Shown one piece after another: positions 40,683-55,510 of a stretch of DNA of 64,000 nt. The notes below the pieces were generated by a model. It was not told the origin of the DNA. It saw only the letters and a program-made list of their open reading frames with translations, and made no database searches. The DNA is taken from positions 321,015-385,014 of the forward strand of contig MU054049.1 in assembly GCA_013239625.1 (NCBI GenBank), in the 5' to 3' direction. The translations under genes were made by a program, and so were the position numbers. The stretch is from Lama guanicoe (taxonomy: Eukaryota). Each line of letters begins with the position of its first letter. Positions within the stretch are counted from its first letter, which is position 1.

Positions 40683-42633
40683 AGTGTTTTTGACTAAAGG
40701 TGTTTTCTTGAAAATCTGAGGTGATTATGTGGCCAAAAAAAAAAAAGATAGTTAAAGTACCATTTTCTAATGACATCACAAACTGACGAATTCAGGGACT
40801 GCCTGGGGATGTGGAATGGTACCAACTTAGGAAACAAGTAAAAGTAGCAAAGTGTTTATTTACCACCACAACTTAATAAATGCACAGATACTGCTAACAT
40901 AGTGATTCAGCATATCTGTGATTTGAACATCATGTGATAAGAAGCAAAAATTCTTCCTTTGCTTGGTTTGATTACTGACAAACACAACAGGTTTTAAGTT
41001 GTATAAAAATGCAAAGTACTACATCGTCAATAAATGCAATTTGGAGCTTAAGTTTTGTATCAGATTATGTTCTGGTAGTAGAGCTGCAATGACAAAAAAA
41101 ACCAGTCTTGAGGTAGTTACACAGATTAAAGAATTTATCCCAGAAGATAAATCAACACACTGCTTCATCCAGAAAGTCTTGCTACCAAAAAAACAAGAAC
41201 AAAAATAACAAAACAAAACAAAACAAAAACCTACCAGGTGAACTGAACAGTGTGCTTAGAGGGGTGGTAAAGAATTTTTGACTTTGTAAAGGTTCATGTG
41301 TTAAACTTTGGATTATTCATTTCATTATGTCATAACATAGAAACTGACAATTAACGACCATTATTGCATGCTGAAGATGGTTAGAGGGGAAAGTTCTATC
41401 GAGAATGTTTCAACTACAGACCAATCTCTGTGTTTTGGCAAAAGAAGAGCCACTTTGTTCCCAATGCTTTAAGGATTTTTAAGTAAGCCTCATGAAAAAT
41501 AAAAATGACTATAAAATAGCAACTAATAAAAAGAAATAAATGGTTACATCTTCTCAGATTTTCATATTCTTTCGAGTTATAATTAATAAACTAATCTTAA
41601 AATATCAGCGGTCACGTGTCTAGCCATACACAGTCTGCAGCATGCGAGACCCCCTGTGTGAGTTCCACAACACACAAACTGGTCTACACCCTGTTCAACA
41701 AGGCCAACCCACTGTCGTGCTCTTGGACGTCACAGTGATACATCAAACTGCTCTGAAAGTTTCTAAATGCTTACTTTCAATTTCAGAAAACTTATCTTGC
41801 TGCAAAAAATGAACATCCACAAATTACAGCTGGTCCAAGGCCATACTTTGACTGGCTCTGGTAGGAAACTTTTCTGAGAAGAGTGGAGAGGGACATCCAT
41901 AGGAGCACTTGACAGCTCAAGGCTCTATGGAAAGCCAATAAGGAAACAGTGGATGTATTTCTTATTTTTGAACCACTAGTTTTTAATCAAATCTAAGCAT
42001 CCTTAATTATAAAATATATCACTGTTTTATGTACCCCTAAGAAAAATCGTCAATTAAGCTGACAGATGACTTATTACAAAACACATTTTGAATTTAAAGA
42101 AAGTATAATGAGGGGAAAAAAAACCAGTGCTCCTTAGAATCATAAAATATAAAATTTACAGTTTTTACAGTTTCTATAAGGAATATAAAATAAGGACAAA
42201 TATAAACAGTGATTTAATTATGATGAACAATATATAAAATAAAAACTCTGCTAATGCATTTTCTGTTGAAAGACTAAAACAACATTAACCATGGGAACTG
42301 GTAACATCAGATTGATACTACTTAAATTTTCAGCATTTTTGAGGACATTTGTCATTTTTTTGATCACCTCATTTATATTCATTCTTTGTAATAAAACTCT
42401 CAGTTTGCTTTGGAAAACCATTCTGCTCTTCATTCACAACCTTATGGCCTGGAGTAGTCTGACTGGCCTAAATGGATCAGCATCTCCCACAGTGATTAGT
42501 TTAGAGTAAAGGCTATAACTCATTTGGGATCAGAGAAATGATAGGAGATACTGGCTAAAGCTTCTGAGAGAAAGAAACTTCCTCTGTCCTCCAGGGAGTT
42601 ACTGGGAGAGGACATTTTCTACCCTCCATGAAA

Positions 42634-43204
42634 TGTTGCAGAAAAACGTACTACAGCTTGGTGTTACAGCTCAGTTGTGACAGCAACCTGGATCCGGGCG
42701 AGAGAGCAAGCAGCACTAAGAGAGCCGGAGAACTCAGGTTTATTACGCCAGCGGGCGCAGAGGAGTTAACACCCCAAGCCCTGTACCCCGTCCGCAGGTT
42801 TACACAGGCTTTTATAGGCTGCCAGTTTACACTTTGCAACATCATATGCAAATAAGGTATAACAAAAGTTGACTAATTAGGAACAAGCTTTGTAAAAATG
42901 GACCAATCAAGAGGGAGAGAAATAACCAATTGGGAGTAAGCTCCTTGCAAATGAAGCACTACAAATGGACCAATCAGAAGTTAGGGAAATGGACCAATAA
43001 TGAGTGAAGGAAATAACCAATCAGGAGTGAGCTCAGGGAACCACTAGAATTTTAGGGGTAAGTAAGCCGTTTCAGAGGCAAAAAGTGAGATAGAGGCAAA
43101 AAGTGAGATAGAGCCTCTGGGCGGGGGAACTGGATGGTGCTGGCAGGGGAGTAGTGGCCCTGCCTGGGGGTCCTGCTGGTCTTTTTATGGGGCTTCCTGC
43201 CTCA
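42634..43204 (-). mobile_element. Young-looking ERV solo LTR in a PTPN20 intron, same orientation as the gene
   Basis: TG..CA ends, minus-strand TATAAAA (42810-42816) and AATAAA (42739-42744), five CCAAT motifs, CpGs retained. Confidence 0.75.
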
Positions 43205-44162
43205 ATAATACAACCCTTAGGAGGGGGAGGTGTGGAGCCCATGCAGTTAATCTGCTGTCACAGGTGAGAGCCTGTCATTGTTTGGCTCTAACTACATAAA
43301 GCCTGAGAGAGCAGAGACTTGACATCTATTCTGATAACAAGACAATGCTGCAGGACCTGTCTACCAGGGCAAATGTCTCATAGCCCCTGCTTTCTTACGA
43401 CTGAGGTGTGGATTTTTGTATACTTTGCGGGCATGGTGAGAGCTGCTTTCTCCCAGTGCCTGCTTCCCCTCCTCACAGACAGGAAAACAGTTCAGTAGGT
43501 AGGCCTTTTGGGGCACATATCTAAAGCCACATTCCCTAACTAGTTTAATAAGTAATACAGGTAACAGAATCACAGTATGTCTAATTCTTGTGTCTACTTC
43601 TTAGCTGGTTACAAATTTAGGAGGGAAGTAAAGAACTGTTAATGATTGACTCAAACCAACAATATTATTATCCTTATTTTATATATGAGAACACTAGCTT
43701 TCAGAGACGATGAGAAATGTCACAGTCACCAAAATCTAAAGTATGTGGCAAAACTGACAGTCACACCCAAGGACCTCTCATTAACTCTGAAGTCTAATGT
43801 GCTCACGTGTATGTATTTCTGTTCATTAAAAACAGGCACATGTCATCAACATCCTCTAACAAGATTCTAAAAATTGTATGTGTGGGGTGGCGGGAAGCAA
43901 AGGGAAAGTGAACTCACGTTTACTGTGTACCTACTACGCTCCAGACACTGTCCTAAGCCATTCATTTGCATTCTGTACTTTAATCCTCACAACCATCTCC
44001 AAGAACCTGCAGCAGTTAAGTGAGACGCAGGTAACCAAAGCTCACATGCTATTTAATAAGTTGCTCCTGAAAGCCAAATATGAATCTTCAGATATTAGAA
44101 GGCTATTAAAAGTACAGTATTTACTAACAGCATTGGTTTATCTGCTTAATTCACACACTTAC

Positions 44163-44378
44163 TGGGAAGTTCTTTTCAATGGCACAGAACACAACATCCA
44201 CACCGAGGAACACCCCCGTCCGGCCCACGCCAGCACTGCAGTGATCAAGGACCAGTCTTGTAACGTGGCTTTTCCTCACATAACGAACATACTTTATGAA
44301 ACCTTCTGCTGAGGCAGGAGTGCCATGGTCTGGCCACTTGGTGAACTGCAAGTGTTTTACAAAGTGACTAGTTTCTGT
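44163..44378 (-). pseudogene. PTPN20: PTPN20 catalytic exon with WPD loop and P-loop (WPDHG...HCSAGVGRTG), open frame
   Basis: 216 nt, 72 codons, acceptor ccaacag, donor gtaagt. Contained in ORF 44151..44429. Confidence 0.95.
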
Positions 44379-44599
44379 CTGTTGGAGGTGGGAGGTGGGG
44401 AGGGTAAGAGGGAGTAAGGGAGAGAGCATGAAAGAGGGGTGGGGAGAGAGAGAGTGGAAAAGGGGAGAGAAGAAGAGAGATTTCTCAGCTTTTTGTATTA
44501 GAGATCTTATATTAATTTCTAATATGCCAGATATAGTAATAATAATGACTACATCGATATGTTAATAAAAATAAGAATACTAACAAGTAACAAGAACTG

Positions 44600-44780
44600 A
44601 GCACTTAACAATGTGCCAGGTACTGTGCTAAGGACTTGACACATATTAGCTCATTTAACCTGCACATCAGCCCTGGGGAACAGGCACTATGTTATCCTCA
44701 TTTTACAGGTGAAAAAGTAAGAGCAGGAGTGACTGACAGATGCACACTAGGTCAGGAGGCTCACAGGCTTAGAGCTGGAC
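44600..44780 (-). mobile_element. MIR SINE
   Basis: gagcacttaacaatgtgccaggtactgtgctaag...ttatcctcattttacaggtgaaaaa. Confidence 0.65.
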
Positions 44781-47313
44781 AATAGGGTAGGCCCTCCAGA
44801 TCAACTCTACCATTTTCCTTCTGCACCAAGAATCCAAATGCTTTGAGTGAAAGATGAGCTTACATGTTAGGAATTAGATAGAAAAGCAGTCTACCTTGGC
44901 TTATATGTCATGATACTAAATTTAATTAGAATAGGTAGGTGCTGTCAAGTTGGGTCAGGTTGGTGAGGGGCGGGGGGCAATCTCCTCTGGCGATGAAGAC
45001 AGGGTGGTTAATGACCATGTGAGTAGACTTTGGTCCCAACTCTTGTGCTGAGCCCCCTGAAAGTGGGGTCATGGAACTCTCCTCAGAGTCGACAGATAAA
45101 GCACTTTGAGTTTACCCATCATACCCTCCAGAGGGCTCACCCTTTCCCCAGGGTGGAGCCCTCATCTTACTTCACTGGGTGCCCTTGGGAAAAAACTCTG
45201 GGCGGGTTTCTCACTCCTTCTCTGCTTCTCCCTAATGCACCTCTTTTTCCTAAGTTCCAAACAGAAAATCAAGTTTGAATCATTCGTATATGAAACTGGA
45301 TGAGGAAAACAATACTTGAAAATCTTGTGAAGGCACCAAGTTGAGGACAGTGCTCATCCCATCACATAGCTCAGGGATTAAGTCTTTCCTGCCCCTGCTG
45401 ACCCCTGAGAAACTGAACAAAGGTGGGCCTCGCTGCTTTCCCCAGCCAGTGCCATGAAGACAGAACCCATGATTCAGATTCTCCAAACATAAACCCCGTG
45501 GTTCTGAGGCTCGTGGGCCTCAGCCCAAAGGCCACCACCCTAGACCCGCTTGCCAAGGCTCCACAGGTGGACCCGAGCATTTGCATCCTTGCAGACAGAT
45601 CATCCCTCTGTGCCTCCCATCTGGCCTGTGTTCTCCAAGCATGCCGTCCTTCTCTCATAGCACGCACCACATGTCACCTGGAACTGGTGTCTTCCTTCCT
45701 CACCAGACGTCAGTACTCTAAGATGGAGACTGTACTGCTTTCTATCTGCAGCACCTGGCACAATACTTGGTTAATCAGAGGGAATCAACAGTATCAGGGG
45801 AGTGAGGGGCTGGGCAAATCCGCAGGCGTACAGAGCAAGCACAGCGCTTAGCACTAGCAGCAAGCTCCCCACCAGCGTCAGCCATCATTATTCTCAGCCT
45901 CCCTGGTCACTACTCTGTGCTCTGATCCTCCCCACGCCCCTCAATTTCACCTCTTCCCCTCCCTGCCTACCCTTCTGTCTCTTCCATGTCTCCCTTTGTA
46001 CTCAGGCCCCCATCCTACAGTAAGCTCTTGGAAACCCTCATCACTTCCCTAAATGCTTCTTCCACTTCCTTGCCTTGCCTCCCGTGACACTGCACTCCGC
46101 AGCCCTCTCTAATCCAGCCCACCTGTCCTCCTGTGTGCCAGGTACCACAGAGCGTAGAGATTAGGTTGCAGACTCCCTGCTGTCCAATGCTATTTCCAAT
46201 TCACTATTCCTTCTCCTGGTACAAAAACTCCTCTTCCTTTTGAGTGTCATACCTCCTAGCTCCATCTTCTCATTGCTATCACCCAGTGGCTAAACCTCCC
46301 GGTTCATCTGCCACGTTCACCAGAGATGCTGCCTGTCTCCTGACAACAGACTCTGACAGGGCAAATTCAGGATCTCAACAGCCCAGCAGATACTCTAACC
46401 TCACATTTTTACTTCTCTCTTGCAAAGGGGACCATTCCTTTCTTTCAGTCTTCACACTGATGATCATGCATTGGACTTACCACCACTATATTGTCTAGTA
46501 TCAAAAACCTCTCAGTTCTTAAATTCCAGCACCATTTTCTGAGCAGGAGCTCGTATGCTACCACCTCACTTGTGCTGCACTTCACCTCAAATGTGTCCCA
46601 ATTATCTTCATAATAAAGTTCATGCTCCTGAGCTGAAATCCAAGATAGTTCCCTGCCTATTTTCTGCAGCCTCTTCTCAGCCCTCATTATTCCCTGGCAT
46701 TGAGATTTTACATTCCAGAAACACTTCACTACTTATATGTCTGTCTACATAACCCATGCTCTTTTACACCTCGGCCATCTACTTCCTCTTTCCATCTTTC
46801 TCACTTGGGCAATTCTCAATCCAGATGTCACCTCCTCTAGAAAACCTTTCCATAAAACCCAAGTAGAGCTAAATATGTCCCTCCTGAGCCCCCAAAGCAC
46901 CCCATACAGATCTCAGTATTACCACTGAGCAGAGGAACTGGAAGTCTAGGGAGCGCACTGAACTCTCCACTACTCGGTGTGGAGCCGTAGCGCCTGCACC
47001 GTGATCATCAGCATTATCTTAGGGACTCAATATATGTATATGTCACACTCAGCAGAAGCAGCCACAGTGCAGCCCAGGATTAGGCAACTTCCAATACTCG
47101 CTCTCAACTGCCCTAACATCTCTCCAGAGTTTGGTTAGGCAGAAATAGAAGTGGTGTTGTCTTACTTTCTGGTACCAGGGAGAAGTAAAAACAAGTTACT
47201 TTAAAAAGTATCCCCAGCTATATCCCATCCTGCTTCTAACTGCTCCTCCTGACATGTGTGCTTATATAATGAAATATACATCTCTAAATAGATGAGTTTT
47301 TTTTTAAACTTAC

Positions 47314-47713
<400 letters not shown>

Positions 47714-49318
47714 TCATGGAAGCATTTCACGTGAGTACATCCATGTATCTCTTTGACCAACAGAGAAGATGGCATCGGAGTTTCTTTTCAAAATGGTTAC
47801 TTCAGTCCATGAACTTAAATTTTTCCCTCCTGAAAACCTACTGGTATGGATTAAGGAATATATAGTTAGGATAAGTTAGTTTTGTTTAAAACCCAGTTTC
47901 TACTAAACAGAGAAGGATGCCAAAATCCAGACACTTTGAGAGATTGCTGTTATATATGGCATAGGTAGGATTAGGCCAAGGGAGGTACCTCCTAGCCTGT
48001 AACTGAACACAGCAAAGGGGGAGGGCTCTGAGGAAGCAAGTGAATGAATGACAGTCTCCTACAAATCCAGAGAACATGCGAGCCCAGAGCAGCAGGGGCC
48101 GGGGAGAAAAAGACTCAGGTAGCTGATCAGATACAAATGCTAGGATTACTGGAATTCTACCAGTGGCCCCCATACAAGGCAGTCATCTTTTATGTCCATT
48201 CTCAGCCTTCACCTGGTGAAGTGGCATGCTAATCAGAGCAAAGGTATTGTGACAAAAGGATGCCTCAAAGTAGTGAATTTGCTCCAGGTAACATGGGGCT
48301 CATCTAACACGAACTATTAGAACAAATATGAGGGGGAAACCCAACTACTGGGCTCTCCAATAAACTCCACTGGCCCAGGAGCTCTTTCTTCACTTTACAT
48401 GGACATCTGGGGCTCTGGTTCCACCACTGCTCCCACAGAGGGAATAAAAGGAGGGTCCTTCCTACCACGCAGTGGTCTCACCCATAGTCCTTCCCTGCTA
48501 CTCAAGGTACTCAGCCCACTTACCCAGCAAATACGCTATGACCAAGATCACTGAACAGGGTGTGCACAATTTCTGACAGAACCTTTTTCAAATTCCAAAA
48601 TAGCAAATATCTCCTTGTAAATATGAATAAATAGGAAAAACAGTCACTAGATATACAAAGATATCCAGCACTTCACAAAAGGAAACCATTCTGAGAAATC
48701 ATAGCAAATGTCCTCCTTTTTATAAGAGGGAAGAATATTTTTAAAAACTCCTATTTGTATTTTAAATGAAATCTAAGCAAACATTATTTTATTATTGAAA
48801 AGGATGATACACATGTGTTTATTGATATAAATTTGTTAAATTATTCAATTATAAAGGAGGTAAAAGAGCATTAAAGTAAGATCTTTCATCATATATATGT
48901 ATGTACATATACATATATATCATATATAAACATACAATTTAAAAACTTGGCAAGTATTTATCAAAAAGCTAGCAGTGGCTATTTTATCATCTAAAATTTT
49001 TTAGAGTGAACATGTACTATTTTGCAGAAGAGAACAATTTTTTATGATCAAAAGGGAGATTCGATATGTGAAAATTAAACAATATAAATAATAAAAGCTT
49101 GCTTTCAAATAAAAACCATTATTACTCAATTAAAATCCCTAAAGTGAGAAGTGAACAGAAAAGCAAATTAGTGATTTAGAAAATTGGCTTAAGGAAGTTC
49201 ACCAGAACTCCAAAAAAAAAAAAAAGTGAAAAAATGACAATAATTATTAAAATGCTAAAGGATGCAGATCATATAACAGGAATACATAAAAGGAATTTCA
49301 GAAACAAAATTCAGAACA

Positions 49319-49770
49319 CAGGCATACCTTGGAGATGCTCCGGGTGCAATTTCTGGACCACCACAAGAAAGAGGCTATTGTAATAAGCGAGTCATATGAA
49401 TTTTTTTTGTTCCCCTGTGCATATAAAGATTATATTACACTGCAGTCTATTAAATGTGCAATAACATTATGTCTAAAAAACAATATTTTAATTAAAAAAT
49501 ATTTTATTGCTTAAAAAGGCTAGCCATCATCTGAGCCTTCAGCAAGTTGTAATCATTTTGTAATAGTAACATCAAAGATCACTGATCACAGATAACTATA
49601 ACAAATATAATAATAACGAAAAAGTTTGAAATACTGCAAAAATTGCCAATATGTGAGGAAATGCTCTTGGGAAAATGATGCTGATGGATTAGCTCTAAGC
49701 AGGGTTGCCACAAACTTTCAATCTGTAAAATAAATACAAAAGCATAGCATTAAACAACCAGGTACGCCTG
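49319..49770. mobile_element. Tigger1-derived internally deleted element
   Basis: Terminal inverted repeats caggcatacct...aggtacgcctg, internal aacatcaaagatcactgatcacagat. Confidence 0.8.
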
Positions 49771-50049
49771 CATTTAGCAGGGAAGAAATAACTCAGTTGG
49801 TCACAGAAGAGTCCCCCAAACAAAAGAGAAAGTAGTAGAATTGAGTGTAGATATGCAGGCCAGCGCCAAGCAGCGTCCTGAGGAACCTTTATTCAAAGAG
49901 GTTGAGTAATCTGTTCTGTATTACACAGCAATTCCTCTAGACTCCACAGTCCACAAATAATTCCATGATCTGCTTCCCTTCAAGGAAGACTCAAGTCTGC
50001 AGATGGAAAAGCCCTACCAAGTGCCAGATGACACTGATGAAGACAGCCT

Positions 50050-53000
50050 AAGACCTTGAGACCAGCAGAGCATAAGGTTGCAATGATAGGAGGTGAAAAA
50101 TGTGCTAATCACTAGAAGTTACAGTGAGTGGGGCCACTCCCATTTCCAGCCCTTGATTCCTGATTCCTGGCTATGGCAGAAACAGCATCATATACTGGAC
50201 ACTAATTTGGAGCAAATAACCTCCCAGAGAACACTGTCCCAGCCCTGTGAGGTACTGCCACCTAGTTGAGTTTACAAAAGGCCACTCCACTTCTCTGTCA
50301 AGCCAGCTGCCTCAGGGTTACGAGGAAAATGTGAAGGCCAGCGAATTGCATCATCATGAGACCCTCAAAGTGAGTTTCTTGATCAGAAACAGTGTGGACT
50401 ACCAAGATGGTGGGCAAGGCATTTTGCAAGTCTGCAGATGGTAGGTTTGGTAGAACCCTATGTGTGGGGAAGGAAGATCCACATCCAGTGTCTATTTCAG
50501 GATGAAAAAAAAGCACTGTTCCTTCTATGACAGAAGCAATCCAATGTAATCAATCTGCCAAAAGCTGCCAGACTAGGGTCTTAGTCTTGGTCTCTGCTGC
50601 TGGCAGATGGGGCTCTCGACAGTCGCCACAGGAAGGTCAGCCTTGGGGAGTGGAAGTCCATATCAAGGAGCCCATGCACAGCCTCTATTCCTGCCAGCAT
50701 ACTGACTTTATTCATAAACCCATCGGGTGATGAAGGGGATGGCTGGGAAAGAGGCCGACTAGTATCCACAGAATATGTCATCCTATCCACTTGATTATTC
50801 AAACCTCTTCTTAAATCATCCTTTGATGAGCATTCACAAAGGACACAAATATCTTCATGATTTTTTGCTCTTTCAGAGAGATCTATACACATTTATATCT
50901 CCCAGATCTCCTTGTGATCAATTTTCCAATCATGTTCCTTCCAAGTCCCTGGCCATCCAGCTAAACAACTGACTACAGCCCATGAATTAGTAAAGATTTG
51001 TACCTCTGGCCATTTCTCCTTCCAAGAAAAATGAACAAGCAAGTGCTTTGGTCAAAGTGCTACTAACTGGGAGGACTTCCCTTCACCACTGTCCCCCAAA
51101 AAAGGGGCTGCAGTGCAGCTGCTGTCCGCTTTCAGGTGGTGCCTGCTTATCATGCAGAACCATCTGGAAACCAGGTCCCAGTTTTCTCTTCTTCAGTCAA
51201 CTGATCATAGGGAACTCGTCATGAGGCCACAGGTGCAGGCTGAGAAAGAGAAGGTAACGTAGCAGGAGAAGGGACCCTGGGCATTTTGGTCACTTCATGT
51301 AACTACCTTGTACCCTCAGAGCCTGCTCAAGCCCGACCTTGTACTCACCACTTCCATTTGATGATGGAATGCGGTGATGCACGCCCAACTTTCTGGCTCG
51401 ACGGCCCATGGGTAAGTGTTCAGTCTCTACTAAGGCCCAGTAGCAGGTCAAAAGCTGTTTCTCAAAAGGAGAGCAGTTATATACAGAGACTGGCAAGACT
51501 GCTCCAAAATCCCATGGACCTGAGCTGTGATTCACCTATAGGGGCCTGACAAAGGCTCCAGACAGTCTCCCTGTCTTCCACTGTCACTGCATCTACTGGA
51601 TCCTGTGGCCCAAGTGGCAGAGCAGCTGCGCAGCAGCCTGGCCCTGTAGCACAGCTTTCTCCTGTCTCCTGAGCCCCAATCACAACGAGCAGCTTTTGAG
51701 TCTCCTAGTAAGTGGGCCAGAGCAGCACACCCAAATGAGGAATGTGTTGCCTCCAAAATCCAAAGAGGACCACTAGGCATTCTGCCTCTTTCAGCTGTGG
51801 AAGGGATCAGATGCAACATTTTATCCTTCACCTTAGAAAGGATTATTTTGGCATGCCCCACACTGCTGGACCTCTAGAAATCTCACTGAAGTAGAAGGCC
51901 CCTGAATTCTCACTGGATTCATTTCCCATGCTCTCATGCACAAATGTCTTCCCTGTAAGTCTGGTTAGTTGCTACTTCTTGCTCACTAGGTTCAATCAGC
52001 ACAATGTCATCAATATAACGGACCACTGTGATATATCAGGTAATTCAAAAGGTGGTCAAGATCCCTGTGAACTATGACACAGGGCTGGAGAGCTGATATT
52101 TCCCTGAGGTAGAACAGTGAAGGTATATCACTGACCTTGCCAGCTGAGGGCAAACTGTTTCCAGTGGCCTCTACTAACAGGTATGGAGAGAAAGCGTTTG
52201 GCAGATCATTAGGCGCACACCAGGTACCAGGGGACGTGTAATTTTCTAAAGCAGTAAAATCACATCTGGTACAGCACTTGCAACTGGAGTCACCATCTGC
52301 TTAAGCTTCCAATAACTCACTATCATTCTCCAAGGTCCACCTGTTTTCTGCATAGGTCAAACAGGGGAGTGGTGGGAATCACCACCTCTGCCTCTTTTAA
52401 GTCCTTGAAGGTGGCACTAATCTCTGAATTCTCTCCAAGAATGCAGGATTGCTTTTAATTTACTATTTTCTTAGGTAGAAGCAGATCTAGTGGCTTCCAT
52501 TTGACCTTTTCTGTTAGATTAGCCCTCTTTCACAGGTCAGGGAACCAATGCAAGGATTCTGCCAGTTGCTGAGTGTATCTATTCCAATAATGCATTCCAG
52601 AACTGGGGAAATAACCACAGTGGGTCAGCACTCACTGGACCCACTGTGAAATGGACCTGAGCTAAAACTTCAGTAATTATCTGACTTCTATAAGCACCAA
52701 TCTAACTGGCAGACCACAGAGATGCTTTAGGTCTCCTGGAATCAGTATCGGATTCGTGTCACCGTCAGTAGCACTGGCAAAGAAGATGCCTCAGCGATTA
52801 GGGGTTTGTTGCGCGTATCTTCACCAGGATCTTCCCCTGTGTTTCTGTTCGTTTTCAGGATCGCATTCTTTCTCAGTCAATGCCCTCATTTGAACAGCAA
52901 ACACCTTGAAAGGTTGGGAATTTAATTTGCATTGTATTTTAGCCATTTGCAGGAGAGACTTGGGGTTAGGTTGTCAGAGGTGCTGGCTCCATGGCTGTAG

Positions 53001-53405
53001 GAGATAAGGGTTTCTTTCAGCGCAGACACAAAAACTTTCAGGACATTTATGTGGTGCTTGGGCTGGAAATCTGAATCCCTGGGATGGTAACTTTCTTTTC
53101 CCATTTGTCCAGCACAATTAGGAGCAACCAGCCAATCTCATTATACTTGTTAGTTTGACAAAAGTAATCTAAGGTAGCGTATACATAGTTATCCAGAACC
53201 TTGCCTCTTATAAGTATTTGAATAGAATATCCACCAGTGAGGTTTTGTGGATCTCTACTGCCATGTGACGCCATGAATTAGCAGTGCTCTCTTAACTACT
53301 AGGAAGAGTCATTAATGCCTTTAAATTTTGTCAGGTTGGGGAGCCAATTCATAAAACTCATCCATAAGATTCCGTTCCTCTAGAACCACTCTTGGTACCA
53401 AAATT
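50050..53405 (-). mobile_element. ERVL internal region (gag/pro/pol remnants), degenerate
   Basis: Minus-strand fragments SPFEKQLLTCYWALVETEHL and SKVKDKMLHL resemble ERVL pol. PBS-like tggtaccaagagtggttct at 53383-53400. Confidence 0.85.
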
Positions 53406-53819
53406 TGTATTAGTCAGTGTTCTTTAGAGAAACAGAATCAATAAGCTGTATATATATATAGACTGAAAGAGATTTATTTTAAGGAATTGGCTCACATCAC
53501 TATGGAGGCTAGCCAGTCTGCAATTTGAAGGGCAGGCTGTCTGGCTGAAGATTCAGAGAAGAGCTGATGTTGAAGTCCTGAGGCCAAAGGCAGTCTGGAG
53601 GCAGAATGGCTTTTTCCTTGGGGGATCTCAATTTTTTCTCTTAAACTGATTACATGAAGCTCATGCATATTACAGGGGAGAATCTGCTTTACTCAAAGTC
53701 TACTGGTTAAATGGTAATCACATCTAAAAATATCTTTAAAACAACATCTAGACTGATGTTTGACCAAATACCTGGGTACTGTGGCCTAGCCAAGTCAACA
53801 CATAAAATTAATCACCACA
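53406..53819 (-). mobile_element. MLT2-type 5' LTR of the ERVL provirus
   Basis: tgtattagtcagtgttctttagagaaacagaa...cacataaaattaatcaccaca, adjacent to the PBS. Confidence 0.85.
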
Positions 53820-55289
53820 CTAGCTAAAAATTTTTGTAGATGATCTAAAGGAGGAAAGTCTTTCTTGAAACTTAAATTAATTCCCTAGAAGACCAAATGA
53901 AAGAAAGAGAATAAGAATAAAAACTAGAGAGAGAAATATAAATATATGCAAAAACTACAAAAAGGCAGAAGTAAAGAAATAGAGGGAAGATGAAAGCCTT
54001 AAAAGGCAGATTGAGAAGACCAACCCTCTACATCACAGGAGCTCCAGAAAAAGAAAAAAAGAGCAGACCGAGGATGAGCAATGATTAAATAACTGAAGAC
54101 ACTAACCTACGGCTAAAGGAAGACTGACTCTGCAGACTGAAAGGTTCCATGAGTTGTAGGTAAGACTGATAAAGTGAAACACATCTGGTAACATTCCTGA
54201 ATTTCAGGGAAAAATTGAATGTGATAAGGTTTCACATTTATGAATGAAAAAAATGTTTCTTATAGAAGAATAAGAATCAGATTACCATTATATTTCTCAA
54301 CTAAAACACTGGAAGCTGGAGAACAGTGAAGTTTAACACCCAGAGAAAACTGAGAGATAAACCCCATAATCCTAAAATCAACAAAGATATTCATTTATCA
54401 GGATTAAAAAAAGGAGAGCTAGCTGCAGATAGGCAGAGTTTGAGACTACATTAACTACTTAGCCTGTATCTAATCAAACAACTAATTAATCGGAACAGAG
54501 ACCTCAGATTAAGGGAAGGCAGAAAAGGAAACAGTAGAACACAACAAGCTTGCAAAATACAGTTGTATTTCTATATGAAGAATAACGGAATCTACCATTT
54601 AAGTGCTAAAAATGATTTCTGGAAATAGAAAGTAACATGCAGCACAGAAACCCTATTAGTAGTCTAGAAAAAGAATTAACATAGAGAAACACTACTGCGG
54701 ATGCTTAAGCCTCAGTCTGAGTCCCAGATCTGTCTTCTAGTTGCAATGTAGAAAAGTAATTAATTTCTCTGAGCCTTTTTGTAAACAAAGATACTGAGCA
54801 CCAGCATCAAAGGGTTGTGGTGAGGATTACATGAGTTACAACCTATGAAGGACTTAGATCAGTGCAGGGCATATAAAAGCGTATAACTACTACTGCTATT
54901 ACTGGTGGTGGTGGTTAGTAACAGAAACACACAGAGGCCTCACTAATGTATGGATGTTTGTTGAATCTCTCTCCCTTAGATAGCTTATGTTTTTCCAGCT
55001 CTCTACACTACAATGGGAAAGTGTACAAAATATAAAAAGTGTAATATAACTTTTGTACTCACAAACCATCTTTCTCAACAGTGTATTGCGGTATAATCGT
55101 CATACATGTGCACCCATGAAACCATCACTACGATAAAGATAACAGAGCATCTCCATCACTGCTCAAATGTTCACATCCCCCTCTGTAATCTGTCTTGCAC
55201 CGCTCCTGCCCTCAAGGCAACCACTGATCAGCTTCATGTCCATCTAAATTAGTCTGAATTTTCTAGAATTTTATATAAATGGAATGACA

Positions 55290-55510
55290 CAGCGCATTCG
55301 TTTGCTAGGGCTGCCATGACAAAACACCGCAGGCTGGGCAGCTTAAACAGAAACTTATTTTCACAGTTCTGGACACTAGGAGCCCAAGATCAAGGTGTCA
55401 GCAGGGTTAGCTTCTCCTAAGGCCTCTCTCCTTGGCGTGTAGCTGACCACGTTCTTGTGTCCTCACCCAAGCTCACATTCCCTCTCTGCCCAAGCATCCC
55501 TGGTGTCTTT
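55290..55510 (-). mobile_element. MLT1 (MaLR) LTR fragment
   Basis: tttgctagggctgccatgacaaaacaccgcaggctgggcagcttaaac...caagatcaaggtgtcagcaggg. Confidence 0.7.
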
